The notes under the pieces: generated by a model | What the model was told of the DNA's origin: nothing | Seen by the model: the letters and a program-made list of their open reading frames with translations, nothing else | Database searches by the model: none | Position numbers and translations under genes: made by a program | Assembly: GCA_002269645.1 (NCBI GenBank) | Contig: NIVC01000052.1 | Location: forward strand, 744,001 to 808,000 | DNA: 64,000 nucleotides | Origin: Macrostomum lignano | Lineage: Eukaryota | Direction of reading: 5' to 3' | Shown here: positions 36,395-49,642 of the stretch, piece after piece | How positions within the stretch are numbered: the first letter of the stretch is position 1 | Layout: each line of letters begins with the position of its first letter

Positions 36395-37924
36395 ATGGCC
36401 ACTAACGCCACCATCCCTAAAGAAACTGACCCGGTCGCCTCTGGCTCACCGGGATCAGCCGCTCCGGTAGCTACCACTGGTAGCACCAACGCCCAACCTG
36501 GTCCAACCGGGCCAGCTGACGCTGCCGCCGATCACCCTGGCCGCCAGTCTAGCCGACCGCGCACGGCCGAGTCTCGACGACAGCGGAACATCCGCCGCAA
36601 CCGTAAGCGGCAGGAGAAGCGGGCTGCTGCTGCGTCTGAGGAGGGCACGCAAGCCGCGGTGAGGCCTTCGGGAGCCACCGCAGCGGGGAGGCCCTCTGGG
36701 GAGTCCGGTGGCGCGGCTGGGCCGTCAGGAACCGCCGTGTCCTCGGGCTCTCAGGGGGGCAACCCTGCCGGCCTACCGCCTTCCAAAGACAAAGCGGCCC
36801 CGCTCAAGACCTCCGAGTCCTACGCGTCCAAGGTCAAGCAGCCGCTGCAACCCGCCGTGATGATCCTCGGCGGGGATTTCGACCTGACGCCCGAGCAGCT
36901 CGACGTCGCGTGGCGTACCATCGACGAGGGCTTGCTCAATCTAACCCTGGAGGGCGTCTTCGTGGACATCGTCAAGTCCACCAAGGCGAACGGGTGCATC
37001 CTACTGTGGTGCAAATCCGAGGAGAGCACCCAGCTCCTGCGGGATCAGCTGCCCAAGTTCGACTGGCACAGCGACCTGGGCCAGCTGACCTTCGCCTTGG
37101 AGAGCGAGCGGCCGAAGACCATCCGCCATCGGATTTGGGTCCCGGCCGACAGTGCAATCAAGTCCGGGGAGCAGCTGCGGCAGCTCCTGCTCAAGCGGCA
37201 CCCGGATCTCGACGCCAGTGGTCTTGTGTACCACAGCACGGTCCGCAAGGGCACGACCGGGGCCACAGTCATCCTCGGCCTGACGGAGGGATGGGCCAAG
37301 CGGCTACCGCACGGCACAAACCTCCACCTTGGTCTCCATCAACTGACCATCCTCCGCTGTGAGGAGGGCAAGGTGGAGACCAAGAAAGACGGGAAGCGCG
37401 CCGCTCCCGGAGCTGGGGCTCATGCCCCGCCGGCCAAGCGGCAGCAGCAACCCGATCCCGAGCCTAACAAGGCTATTCGCGCTGCTGAGTCCGCCTCGCG
37501 CGGACGTAGACCCGCCCGCAGTAGCCGGCGGTCCGGTCTAATCCAGCGCGCACTTGACGAAGCTCAGTCTCTGAGACTTCACCTCGAGCAGACTCGTGCC
37601 GCTCGAAAAAACACTGAAAGCCAGCCGAGGGAACTGGACGACGGCACGGCTCAGCCTTCCAACTGGTGGGATTACCACCAGGAGGACGCTGCCGGCCGAG
37701 CTCAGACTCCCGACGGCGGGGCGCAAGGCGAAGGCAGCAGCCGTACCCCAGTCGCTGGGGAGGAGGGCGGTGTAGCGCGGCTAGGTGACTCACCTGCCGT
37801 GGGCGCCGTGTCCGCCTCCGCGGCGGCTGGGGAGGCGGCTGAGCCTGAGCCAATGGAAATTGGCGACTCAACTCTCACCGATGAGGCTGAGAATGAGTTG
37901 CTTTTCTCCTCCCCTGGACAGTAG
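36395..37924 (+). CDS. ORF1 (gag-like nucleic-acid chaperone; basic N-terminus, DUF4780-like middle, no CCHC knuckle)
   Basis: 509-aa ATG ORF ending 2 nt before the ORF2 ATG; SYASKVK...LTPEQL...GCILLWC segment. Confidence 0.8.
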   Translation: MATNATIPKETDPVASGSPGSAAPVATTGSTNAQPGPTGPADAAADHPGRQSSRPRTAESRRQRNIRRNRKRQEKRAAAASEEGTQAAVRPSGATAAGRPSGESGGAAGPSGTAVSSGSQGGNPAGLPPSKDKAAPLKTSESYASKVKQPLQPAVMILGGDFDLTPEQLDVAWRTIDEGLLNLTLEGVFVDIVKSTKANGCILLWCKSEESTQLLRDQLPKFDWHSDLGQLTFALESERPKTIRHRIWVPADSAIKSGEQLRQLLLKRHPDLDASGLVYHSTVRKGTTGATVILGLTEGWAKRLPHGTNLHLGLHQLTILRCEEGKVETKKDGKRAAPGAGAHAPPAKRQQQPDPEPNKAIRAAESASRGRRPARSSRRSGLIQRALDEAQSLRLHLEQTRAARKNTESQPRELDDGTAQPSNWWDYHQEDAAGRAQTPDGGAQGEGSSRTPVAGEEGGVARLGDSPAVGAVSASAAAGEAAEPEPMEIGDSTLTDEAENELLFSSPGQ

Positions 37925-37926
37925 AC

Positions 37927-40900
37927 ATGACTGTCTCCCAGGGCATCCACTGCTTGCAGGTCAACCTGCAGCACAGCATTGCTGCTTCAGTCAACCTCTT
38001 GAAGCACACTGACCAATACGTGCCAGGGATTATCCTTATCCAGGAACCTTGGACGCTTAGGGGCAGCCCCCAACATGTCCCCACCGGCTACCAGTGTTTA
38101 ACCGCTGGTACCCGGGAGGGAAACCTGGCACCAAGATCCTGCATCATGGTGTCCAGTTCTATTAACGCATGGCTCAGATCAGACCTGTCCACCAGGGACA
38201 TCTGTGTCATCCAGTCTGAAGACATACTCCCTGGGAGGACTACCCTCATCGCCTCGGTTTACCTACCGGGCGACGGCGAGATGATCCCAGTAGAGCTTGT
38301 CACACTGGTCGAGCTCTGCTCCACCAGAAACTATGAGCTGCTCGTGGCAGGTGACATCAATGCCCACCACACCCACTGGGGCAGTTCTGATATAAACCAG
38401 AGAGGTGAAGACTTCCTGGCTTATATTGCTACTACAACCCTTGAGTTCTGTAACTCGGGTAGTACCCCTACCTTCAATAACGGACGCCGATCGGAGGTGC
38501 TGGATGCCACCCTCGCCACGCCCAGGCTCTTCCAGAGCACTAGGGAATGGCGGGTGCTTCCTGAGGCGTCCCTCTCCGATCACAAGTTCGTCTCTTTCAC
38601 GCTGGCCAGCGCCCGTAACGCAGGCCAGCTTTACTGGAAACGGAATGCTAGGAATACCGACTGGACCGCCTTCAGGCTTGCCCTGGAGGAGACCTATCGT
38701 TGCACTAGCGCTCCAGTCTCCATCAACACCTGCGAAGAAGCAGATGAATTTGCGGCCGCACTTACGGACTCGCTCACTGCTGCCTTCGAAGCCTCATGCC
38801 CACTAAAGGCATATAAAGGCAAACAGTCGGCCCCATGGTGGAACCCGCAGCTTGGCGACCTCCGTCGCAGAGCCAAAAGGCTTCACCGCAGGGCCCAAAA
38901 AACTAAAAACCCGGCCGACCAAACCGCCTACCTGAACTCTATCCACGAGTTCAAGAGGCAGGTTAGGAACGCCAAAACCAACAAGTGGCGCGAATACTGT
39001 GAGGAACTTGAGGGCTCCCGCCCCACCTCCAGAATCGTTAAAGCCCTCACCCTGGACAAAATGTCCAAACTCTCCTCAGTCAAGAGAGCCGACGGCTCGC
39101 TCACTGAGAACCCAGGAGAAACACTGGAAGCGATGCTAACAGCGTTTTTCCCGAACGAGCCAGCTAGGCCCGGCCCCCCTGACCACTCAGTGGGCGGACA
39201 CGTACTGGCTGACTCAATCATCACGGAGGACCGCGTTACTAAAGCTGTCTCCTCCTTCAAACCCTTCAAATCCCCAGGACCGGACGGCGTTGTGCCAGCC
39301 TTCCTGCGGGAGGCGGTGAAATGCACCGGTTTCCTGCGGAACCTTTGCCGGCTTCTGAAAGCCTGCATTGTGCTCGGCTTTGTTCCGAAATCCTGGACCG
39401 AGGCCAAGGTGGTCTTTATCCCCAAGCCTGGCCGACCGGACTACCGGTCCATTAAATCCTTCAGACCAATTAGCCTCACCTCCTCATTGGTGAAGCTGTT
39501 AGAGAGACTGGTGCTCTGGCGCCTCCTCTCTGTGGAACTGAAGAACAAGCCGCTCAGTGAGAACCAGCATGCCTTTCGGGCAGGCAGGTCCACGGAGAGC
39601 GCGCTTCACGTTCTGGTTGACATGCTGGAGAAAGCCGTTCTTGGTAATGGCTACGCTCTCGCTGTCTTCCTCGACATTGTTGGAGCCTTCGATAATGTCC
39701 TCTTTGAGGCCTTTGACAGAGCTCTACGTGCTAGAGGAACCCACTCGCACCTCACCCGGTGGATCATGTATATGATCAGCCACCGTACTGCCACCGCACA
39801 CCTGTTGGGCCACCAACGGACGGTAACCGTCTGCAAAGGCAGCCCCCAGGGCGGTGTCCTCTCTCCAGTTCTCTGGAACATGGTCATCGATGAGCTCCTC
39901 CAGGACAGCCATCTTGACCCCATCCTCAAGGTCGGTTACGCCGATGATGTCACAGCCGTGGCATCCGGACCGTCACCTGAAACCCTTAGAGATCTTTTGC
40001 AAAACTTCATTCGCTCTGCTGAACGTTGGGCGGACAGGTGCGGCCTCAGGCTCTCCGAGACCAAAACTGTCGCGATCATGTTCACCAGCAGGGTAAACTG
40101 GCGTATTCGCCCACTAAAGCTTTACGGGGTGGAAATTCCATCCTGCAAGCAAACCAAGTGTCTCGGCGTTACGCTGGACCACCGGCTGAGCTGGTCCACC
40201 CACGTCCAGGCCAAAACCAAAAAAGCCCTCGCGATTCTTGCGCAGCTGCGCAGAGCCGTCGGCACCACCTGGGGCCTCACCCCAAAGCGTCTCTGGTGGA
40301 TCTATACCGCAATGGTCCGACCGGCCGTTACATACGCCGGCCTGGTCTGGACCAGCGCCTTGCAGATTAAAACCTGCCACGAAGCCCTCAAAAAGGTGCA
40401 GGGACGTGCGTGCCGCATGATCCTGAATGCCCCGCTCTCTGCTCCCTTTGACGGCCTCAACGCCTTTCTCTGCCTCCCGCCTCTGGACATCTTTGTCCGT
40501 CGCGAGGCTGCTAAAACCACCCGCCGGCTCATCGAGGCTGGTGTTAGCTTCAAGCCACAAAGAGCGATGGCGAAGCGCAAGCTCCTGCCGCACTCTGACC
40601 TGTGCCTTAAAGTTCTGGAGGAGAGTGGGAGTGCGGCTGTCCTTTCGGACGCTGAACCGCGCTCCCTCAACCTCTACCAACGCTTCAAGGTCACGATCCC
40701 CTCCAGGGAGAACGCCAACGACAGCTGGGCCCCTCAGGAGGTTCACTGCTTCACTGACGGATCCTCCAAAGACGGTTTATCCGGCTTTGGAGTCTGCATC
40801 CTTATCAACGGCCGCGTGATTGCTACTCACGCCCAACACACTGGCAGACTCTCCAGCGTCTTCCAGAATGAAGTCCTTGCCATCAGCTCCTGTGCAGCTG

Positions 40901-41630
40901 AGCTCCACCGCAAGGACTTCAAGGACAGAAGAATCTTCTTCCACTCTGACAGCCAGGCCGCTTTACAGGCCCTGTGTCACACCACTACGAACTCCCGAAC
41001 AGTCCGCGACTGTATCGGGCAGCTCAACAAGCTGGCTCGGAGGAACACCGTCCGGCTCACGTGGATCCCAGGACACGCCGGCTTCAAAGGTAACGAGCTC
41101 GCCGACTCCCTCGCTAAGGCGGGCTGTTCCGGCTCGCCCCTTGGCCCCGTGCCCCTGGCCCCCATCCCCGCCACAGTCATTAATCGTCAGATTAACGACT
41201 GGGCGGACATCCTGCACTTGCGCAGATGGGATGGTATCTCCAACTGCCGCCAATCTCGTGCGGCAGTGCCCAATCCGTCCCTCAAGCTGCGGAGAATCCT
41301 TTTGAATCAAAATCGAAAAGATATCCGCGCTCTCACTATGACCTTCACAGGTCACGGTTGCTTTGCCAGGCACTGCTTCCTCCGATGGTTCGCCGGAGTG
41401 AACTCTGCCCCTTCTGCAGCCTCGAGAATGAAGATGCCATGCACTTCGTCTGCTACTGCCCGGCCTTCAACCGAGACCGGCTCAACCACCTCGGGCCCAA
41501 CCCGTCCCTGGACGACGTTTGCCGGCCCGAGAACATCCCACGGCTCATCCGGTTCCTCCGGGCCACCAAGCGAGCCTCCGTCTTCCCCACCGAAGACAAC
41601 GCTGCAGACAGGACCGGCAGACCTCCCTGA
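37927..41630 (+). CDS. ORF2: APE endonuclease - reverse transcriptase - RNase H - CCHC zinc finger, with a 1-nt frameshift near 41375-41400
   Basis: APE motifs QVNLQH, IQEPW, GDINAHH, SDHKF; RT motifs KSPGPDG, RPISL, QHAFR, LDIVGAFD, GSPQGGVLSP, YADD; RNase H motifs FTDGS, VFQNE, SDSQAAL, WIPGHAG..GNELAD. The true C-terminus CPFC...HFVCYC lies in another frame (track ORF 41226-41630). Confidence 0.93.
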
Positions 41631-44600
41631 CCGGCCCCGCGCCCTAGCCTATGCGGGTCTTTCAGGGATTAGCGGAATGGGCGACGCTCGCCTCCCCGCT
41701 GCGTCTTCGGACCGCCCTGCAGCTAAGTCAAGTAAGTAAGTCAAGGTCAAAAAGTAAGTTGCATGGCCAGTATAGACCAAGGGAGTTGCACATGTATGAT
41801 CTTGAAAGTAGATAACACCTGTCCCATTGGCAATATTAGGCATCCCAGCATTGCATAGGAGGTAGTCTATGTATTAATGGGTTTGAGCCTAATCTTACCT
41901 AAATAAATAAGCCCTATAAGATAAACAACAGGATATCTTGAATACGTTAGAGGCAATAGCCCTTAGCCAAGATAAATAAATAAAGGAAAGAAGACTCCTA
42001 TGACAACTTTGATGATAGCAGTAGATAAAGCTTAGAATAAACAGCCTTATTATAAGTTTGTAATAGTGATTGAGATTTAAAGTAAGTCATCCCTACTTTA
42101 TAGTCTAGATCATGCTGGGTACACACCCCAAAAAAATTAAATAGTCACAAATGCATGCAAAAAAATAGTGTGCATGCCCATTCTCAAAACTATGCCGGTA
42201 TTATGTCAATAAATGACCTTTTCTGAATTGCATAATGAACCTTTTTGGCAAGTATTTTGGTTACTTTTTCTGCTTTTTCAGCTGTACTTTGTATAGTAGA
42301 AAATTAATGCATACAAAGATTTGTTTAAATGCTTTATTACGAGCTTTAAAAACCCAGAAAGCTTGAAATTTACACTTAAGAATGAACTTTTTTCATCTTT
42401 TTTTACTTCACAATAACTCTTCCATGTGATTCTATAAAGTGCATTCCAGGTGTACACGCACACTTTTTTCTTAGGAGTGATACACACCAACTGTGGACAC
42501 CTACTTTTGGCATGTATAGCCAATGCACGCCCAAATTTTTGGGCATAGCCTATGCTATATGATCTAGAATGTAGCCTTTACTACAATTTTTAAAAGCATT
42601 TAACAGAGATAAAATGAAAAGAACACTGACAACTTAGTAGCAATAGGCCTTAGTGAGATTTAAATTTGGGTCAGCCAGCCCTGTGATAATCATAATTTTT
42701 CACTTTTAATTTGTTGCTATCATATAATTATAAAAGACACTAAGGGTCAAAAATATATTCAAAGTGTGATTTTAAATTTTGATTTTAGCTAATTGATAAA
42801 GAACAAAGAATACAAATATAACTAATTCAACGGATTCATAACATACATTAAAGAATTAGGGAATAGTTCTTAAAGAAAGACTGGCTTTGGCTATTACATA
42901 ATGCTAATATATAATATAAAGCAAACTAGAATGGCTGCACCAAGACAATCAGTTCAAATATGTTCTGATCTAATATCAGGCCTATAGCTATATTTGGTTA
43001 GACTTCTTCTCAATTTTAGGTTGATATTGATAAATTAGTTACAGTTTTGAATCTTGATAGGATCATAATTTTGTTTGTATATGGTTTTGGATAATGCTCA
43101 TTTCCGATTTAAGTGTCTGGCAATAGTTTCAGAAAAAGGGAAAATCGGGATAATTTCATCGACCTAAACTTGAAGAAGTCCACTTGGGCTTAGCCTTTTT
43201 TCAGTCTCGAGTCTCAAACTTTATCTCAACTGACTAGTTAAAAATTATGACGATACAGAGACGCCACTTTATCTCAACTGACTAGTTTGACGATACAGTG
43301 ATGATAAGGGAACAATCTATTATTGATGTATTACTACCATTTACGATTAACTGAAAATCTGACAAGTCATCAAAAGGTTGACAATCAATCAATCAATGAA
43401 TCAATCAATCCGAGTTTTTTTAACTATACAATTATTTTAAATATACAGTTAGATTTTTTAAAAAATTTGCCATGCGACTTTCTTTAAAAAGAAATGCAAT
43501 ATTATGAAGCTATTGCTCAGAATTGTCCACAGTATTAATTAAAATAAATCACAATTGGTTTTCAAAAATATATTGCTGTCGAATAAATATTTAACCCATC
43601 TTATTCTTTGTTTTATAGAAATAAAAGCCGAGATCTTCTGGCAGCTTGCCATTCAGTCACAAAGTACCTTTCGGTACGCAATGAATTTCTAATTTGGAAA
43701 AAAGGATGCCAACTTCGGAATAGAGCCTGAAGTAAGGCTCCGGAGGATCGGAGCAAACGGACTGCAATAGACATGCAACCAAGGACCACTAGGATCGGAC
43801 CAGTTGGCTAAATCTGGAACTTTACTTCCGGCTACATATCTAGCTCCAACTGACCTATCCCGCCATTTCTTTCTCTCGAGTGATTTTCACTTTCCGACAG
43901 GATGCTGGAATTAAAACGAGAAATCTGTATTTACGAGGAAATTATGCGCAGTACATCGATCAATTGGTCGCATTAATTTTTTTATAGAAAAACATCAAGT
44001 ATCGGCCGGAAAGTTTTAATGATGGGCCAGGTCACCCCGATCGTAACTCCTACCCAAGGAGAGGAGACTCGGAAAAGGCTGCAGAGTCATGCAATTCAAG
44101 CGGGGTTGAAATAGCTAGCCAACACAACAAAAATAGTTTCAAAATCAAAACTCTGTGTTTGGATGTGTCACAGCCCTTTGGGCTCATGGCCCTTTATTCT
44201 TATACATGGCCCTTATTCTATACATTAGACATGTATAATAACACCAGGTTCCTGATTTTTTCGACAAGAGCAACTTCAATTCTTCCTAGGTTATGGCCGT
44301 CGGCTTTTGTGATGTAAAAAACATTGGGCTAGGGTTGCAGCGGCTGATCCCATCCACGTAAAAACATCCTTAAACCTACTCCTACATGCACAGTAAAAAG
44401 TAACTAGTGCGCCTGGGTTGTCTACATGGCATCCCAATCCCTATTTAATTTAAGCATCATATGCAGGCCGATTGTACAGGCCGACTTGATGTCACGCTTG
44501 TGTGAACATGCAGTCTCTGCTGTAAATGCATGGTTCTCCACGGACAATGGACTAGTCTCCAACAGTAATTAAACATGTTCGCCTCTAAGAGGCATATTGT

Positions 44601-47600
44601 AAAATGAATTTCAGCTAGGAGACGCTCTGACGGATATGTTTTCGGTAGAAAAATGCATGCTCTTTAACTAAAAAGGCCGCCTAATCTCCAAAAAGGTCGC
44701 TTTTTGAAAATTTCACAATGCGTAGTTTTTATTCTTATTTTCTGCATGCAAGAGAAATATTGATCGAATTATCGTATGACAGTTACTAGGAGATGAGAGG
44801 CCCAACAAGAGGATCTGATAGCTGGTAAGGATTTAGAAAAACTTGTCGTTGCACACATTGCATGCTTATGAGTATATGCATGCACAGGATCAGAGAGCCT
44901 TCTGATAGAAAAAGCAGTTTTCTAATTGAGTTTGCAGGCACTTTGACTATCGAATGCTTCTTCCATCTCAACAAGTTCTACAAGTTGTTTTGGCTAATTC
45001 ACTTTCTAACAAACAGTTGAAAATTGATTTAAAAATTTTGATAGAACAATGAACTTGGTTAGCTGGGTGTGTACTTTTACTTGCCCTGGGGCTTGTCAGT
45101 GCTTGCCCTGCTCCTCATGTGTTTCAAGAATCGCATGCACACCAAACTTTCATGGTTGGAATGGCCAGGATAAAGTGTGCCGCGAGAGATGGATCCTAAA
45201 TAGATTGAAAAAGCATCCGCGGCAATATTGATTAGCTAAACGCAGCTCTCATTTCTTTGTTGCAATTTATAGGCATACGTTATAGTGACAATGACTCTGC
45301 TAACCGAAACTCGCCCTGCATGATATTAAACCATTGATGCTATTAATACACGTACATATGTAATCTAACCATACTTTTATGTTCTTGTATAGAGGCATAA
45401 AGGGTTTTATCAAGTATTTTGGGGCGATCAAAGTCACCAGTCACCAGGGGGGGGAGGCATTGTATCGCCACGCTGTCGGCGAAACAAGCTAGACGACTCC
45501 ATCCACTGCGCCGAGTCGCTCTCCTCACAGCCGCTGTAGTAGCTGCTCTTTTCTTTCTTTTTTCAGGGCTCCACCGTTTCGTGGAGCCGCTCATGGAGTA
45601 GGTCACGTACCACTGGAAGGTGGTGGCCTTCCTGCACCATATGGTCCCTGCAAGAGGTGCTGCTGATGCTGCGGGCGCCCTATGACAGGGCCACGCACTC
45701 GGCTGACGTTTGCACCCAGGCCCTCAGACGCACATTAACTGTGGCCCTGATTTTATGACTGCAGATCATGGTGTCATTTATTGCTCAATTGTCTTCTATT
45801 TGAAATATCCGCAAAATATACAGTTTCCTTCTTGAGTACGGCCGTACGCGTGAGGCTTGGGAAGCATGAAACTGACTGGGTTTAGGTTGCTCGTCCTCTC
45901 TGCATGGCTAATTCCAATCCAACTCAGCATTAGCAGGCCAAACTGACAGACACTTTTAATAAAATAATTTTTAACGGTTCAACGGGTCTTTCAATTTTTC
46001 TGGCCGCGATGGGGAAAGCTGACAGCTCAGGAAAAACTGATTAATTTTCCTTTGGCTGAAACCTGGGTGTTGAAGCAGCTTTGGGGACTCAGACGGGGTA
46101 AAGGGGAAGGATTAAGCGGCCCAAATCGCGTCCGAATTTTTACTTTCGCTGGTGCCTTGACTTGTAGGCCTGGATGTCGCCGTGAATGCAACAGGAACGG
46201 GCCTACAGTGCCGTTTGCTCGGCAAAGGAGACTCAACATGCATGACCACAGTCGGCTTTGCGTGTCTGTTTGAAGAAGAAGGCTCAGGTAGGTGTGAAAA
46301 TATGGAAAAAGAAGCAAAGCAAATAATAAACTACATTTTTGGCGGGGAAATAGTTTACAAAGTTTATGGACTGAATCAAATATAGGCTGGATAACAATAT
46401 CATGTGACCATATTGCATCTAAAATCTTGCGCTATTTTTGCCGAAAAACAGAAGTTGCCAATATCGATTGTGTCGGCTAGGCAAAATGTACTTTTAAGAC
46501 TTCGGCATCGAGCCAGCTGACAACTACTGGTAGGGATTAACACCTTCTCTCAGACTCCTAATAAAATTTCCTGTGACCTGCCATTCAAGTAAATTTTATT
46601 GTTTGTCACGTGTTCCCCAGCAGGTGTGCAAGGCCCAAAGCACTGAAGTACTTCTGTGAAGGGTAGTTCTAGATGGATACTTGAACTGAATTTCTGAGCT
46701 CTGCAGTCTGTCAGTTTATAGGTAAAAATTTCTTATTTTTCAAAAAATGGCTGAGTGAAAAAATTTCAACTTGACAAACATTGGAGACAAAATGTGACAG
46801 ACGAATGATCGAGATGCTCTTGAGGGAATTGCGTAAATGCTAAGGCTCACAGAGGAACTGGTGAGATGTCAAGTGTTATTCCAGAATCGTTGGTAGGCCA
46901 AGCATCAAAGGGAGAGTTATGGTTATGACATGGCTTGCTTAAAGGGAGGCTTTGATGCCAAAGCTCACAGGGATGCTGATATCTTAGGCTAGACAGCTGC
47001 TGGCTTTCAGGGCTGATGCTATTTTGCAATTGAAACATCATTTTCCCTAGGATACTAACAATAGCGACTGTACAAAGTCAAAGCATACATGTAGTTTATC
47101 AAAAAAATGTTAATCCTTTCCTTGCTAGTTACACGAACTATTTCCTTGTAGATATTCCTTCGACACAATATTTTACAAAAAAATTGCTTTTTTTGTATTA
47201 GGATTTTCTTTTTTCGACACGGTACGAGTAGTTGCAAACCGAGCTACAGAACATTCTGACGTCACCATATTAAGCTGCTACGTGATGAGGATAGTTTGAG
47301 GATGAGCAACGGTTTGATGAAATCAATTCAGAAGAAGCTCATCAATATTGTCGCGCTCCTCTTATTAAAGGCCGTGCCTTTCATGTCACCATTTGGAGCT
47401 TACGCAGTATTTTAAAATGCAAGCGGTCACTGAACTAACTAGCAGAAGTGCGGCGAGGATGGAGGCAGAGAGGGGGCTCAGATGAGTCTGGAACTCGATG
47501 CAGGCATTATTTAATAGTCCCCAGAGGGGAGCGACTGGACAGCCTGCAGCGTCGAATCGCCTTCAGCGTCCTTGTAGCAGCATTCGATTCGAGCATTAGA

Positions 47601-49532
47601 GTGCTTGCTCAAGGATATAAACCCTTCGACTTGATTCTAGAACAACCGACTCGACAGCCTTTTTCAGCTGGTCTTGCCTCCCGCAGAAGGGAAGACTGGT
47701 CGGGGGAGGGGAATGGAAAAGCTGGTAAACTTCGACTTTTCTAACTCCGGTTGCGAGAAACCGCCTTAGGGCGAGTTAAGTGAACTCTCCATCTTCTTTC
47801 TTCTCTCGTCTCAGCTACTCAACGGAGCAGTTCTCCTTCCCTGTGCGATTTTTCTAATAAATAAGCTCCCGTGATCAAGCAGTCGTAACAGCCCAACAAA
47901 GCCTGGGGACCGAGGTCGCGGTGTCTTCAAACGATCCCCGAACAGTCAGTCCTTCCGTGCTTGATTTTCTAGCAATGACGGCACACAAAAAGCGAGTTTA
48001 TCCTTCGTCTCAAACTGCAGTCTCAAGAGACTGGCGCAATTCTGTCGATCCGAAAGTGCGTCGCCTCATTTGCATTTTAATTCAGCAGTGAATTTTCCGA
48101 CCTACCGCCCCTGTGTGCATTCAGAATGGTGAGCAGTACGGCGAATTTGATCCCGGTAGCGCAGCCGGCCGTTCTACTCCTGCGGTCATCAAGTTTCACT
48201 GGGCTCCCAGCGGCAGGCCGCTCAACAACTTGAGCCGATCGCGGGCACCGGACTCCGTGCAGCTCCAGACTCTCTCTTTAAATGCTTTGCAGATTACTTT
48301 GCCGCATTTTTACTGAAAGTTCTGTTTTGTTAGTCGAACAAACAGTAGTCCACCTCGTACAGCTTAATCAATGAGGCCTACAAGGCCACCTTCATGTCAA
48401 GGCTTCAGAGAGTAAGACGTTAATTAACCAGCTGGTGTGTTTAGTCTCAATCAAAATGGAGTTTGCCTGACAAGTGGATCAGCGTGATTTGCGTCAGCAA
48501 AAATACGAGCCTGCAACAATAGATGGACCGGAAAACCTGGTTGCCTCACAGAATTCTTAATAAAACTTTCGAAAGAGTTAATCAGGTACAAGAAGAGTTC
48601 GGAAGTTACTGAGCACTTCGCCCTTGAGTGCCTCGGCCAGATTATCCAGCTGAGCGAATCTGCAGCAGCACTGACTCCCATGTCTATTTGCTGCTTGCTT
48701 CCCTCTACTATAGAAAATATTCCGTGAAGGGTGTTTTTGTCCTTTTCAAGGGGCTATTCCAGACGAAATTTTGACATTAGCATAATTTTTCAATCTGATA
48801 TTTGATATCCTTGATTTCCTAAAATCTGAGAGTTAATTTGTAGAGCGCACGCTATCAGTGTGCGCTAGGAGACATGAATCGTCCCAGAGTACAATGATGT
48901 CGCTTCTTTTTCTGATCTCTAAATTGCAAATGAAGGGCGGGAATCTGCACAGCGCAAACCAATTTTATGTCTAATTGGATGAGCACTGAACGAACGGGCT
49001 CGGTTTTTTGGACCCTCGTTCAGAGAAATGAGTTCGAATCGGAACGTGTTGATCTGGTGCGCTATCAGAAATAAGATACAGTGCGAAAAAATTGTGCTCC
49101 TTGCACCATTTGCATGCATTCCATTAAATGTATGAAGTATAGTGAACCATGTTGAGATATGAGTAATCAATGCCAGCGTCAGCCATGTTCCAGCTAGTAC
49201 GAGCTAGCCAGAAAGCGTCCTAAAAGGCTATGCTTCCATTCTGTTTCTGTTCATCCGCAGCAACCAATTTCTTTTGTTCAAAGCATTCACCAGTTGTCTC
49301 CAGTTGATTTTGTCTAATTACGAGTCGGAACATGCGATGTGAGCTCTGCTGACGATTCATTAAGGCCTGAAACAGCTCCGACTCTGCGGAGGTGGGGACT
49401 GCGCTCCGTTAGCTAGCTTGATTTCCTTCCATTTACCAAAGCCCGCCGCCTGCCTGCAGCCAATGGGAATGTGAGAATGGCATGCGTAGGGATGAGGACG
49501 TTACTAGGGGGGGGGGGGGGTGGCATAGCGTC

Positions 49533-49539
49533 TATATAA
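49533..49539 (+). promoter_or_regulatory. TATA box (TATATAA) of the neuropeptide gene; CCAAT at ~49460
   Basis: 110 nt upstream of the ATG, preceded by GCCAAT and a G14 run. Confidence 0.7.
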
Positions 49540-49642
49540 CTGCCGCCTCCGTCTAAAGCTCATCCGCTGCTCACCGACTGCAAAGCATATTATCGTCGAA
49601 TTTTACAAGACATTGCAGAGAGCTGTGACTGCTACCTCAAAG

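Larger units (their letters stand above)
35903..41744 (+). mobile_element. Full-length non-LTR retrotransposon, LOA/Lian-like (R1/I group)
   Basis: GC-rich 5.8-kb block with a 5' UTR, ORF1, ORF2 and a TAAGTCAAGTAAGTAAGTCAA tail; TSD GGTCAAAA at 35895-35902 and 41745-41752. The clade assignment comes from domain order and recalled motifs. Confidence 0.92.

Noticed and set aside
36455-41373. Many overlapping and antisense ORFs within the LINE (and the small ORFs within the PLE arms)
   Set aside because: Expected by-products of GC-rich coding sequence, with no independent motifs.
41400-41739. C-terminal ~110 aa of the 1270-aa ORF2 in the track
   Set aside because: Out-of-frame read-through after the frameshift; the CCHC-containing frame ending at 41630 is the real terminus.
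45566-45740. Exon-like GC-rich stretch after a strong + strand acceptor (LHRFVEPLME*VTYHWKVVAF...)
   Set aside because: It contains a stop and an apparent frameshift, and I found no partner exons or recognisable family.
47520-47610. PB1/OPCA-like IECCYKDAEGD on the minus strand
   Set aside because: Too short, bounded by stops, and without a supporting exon structure.
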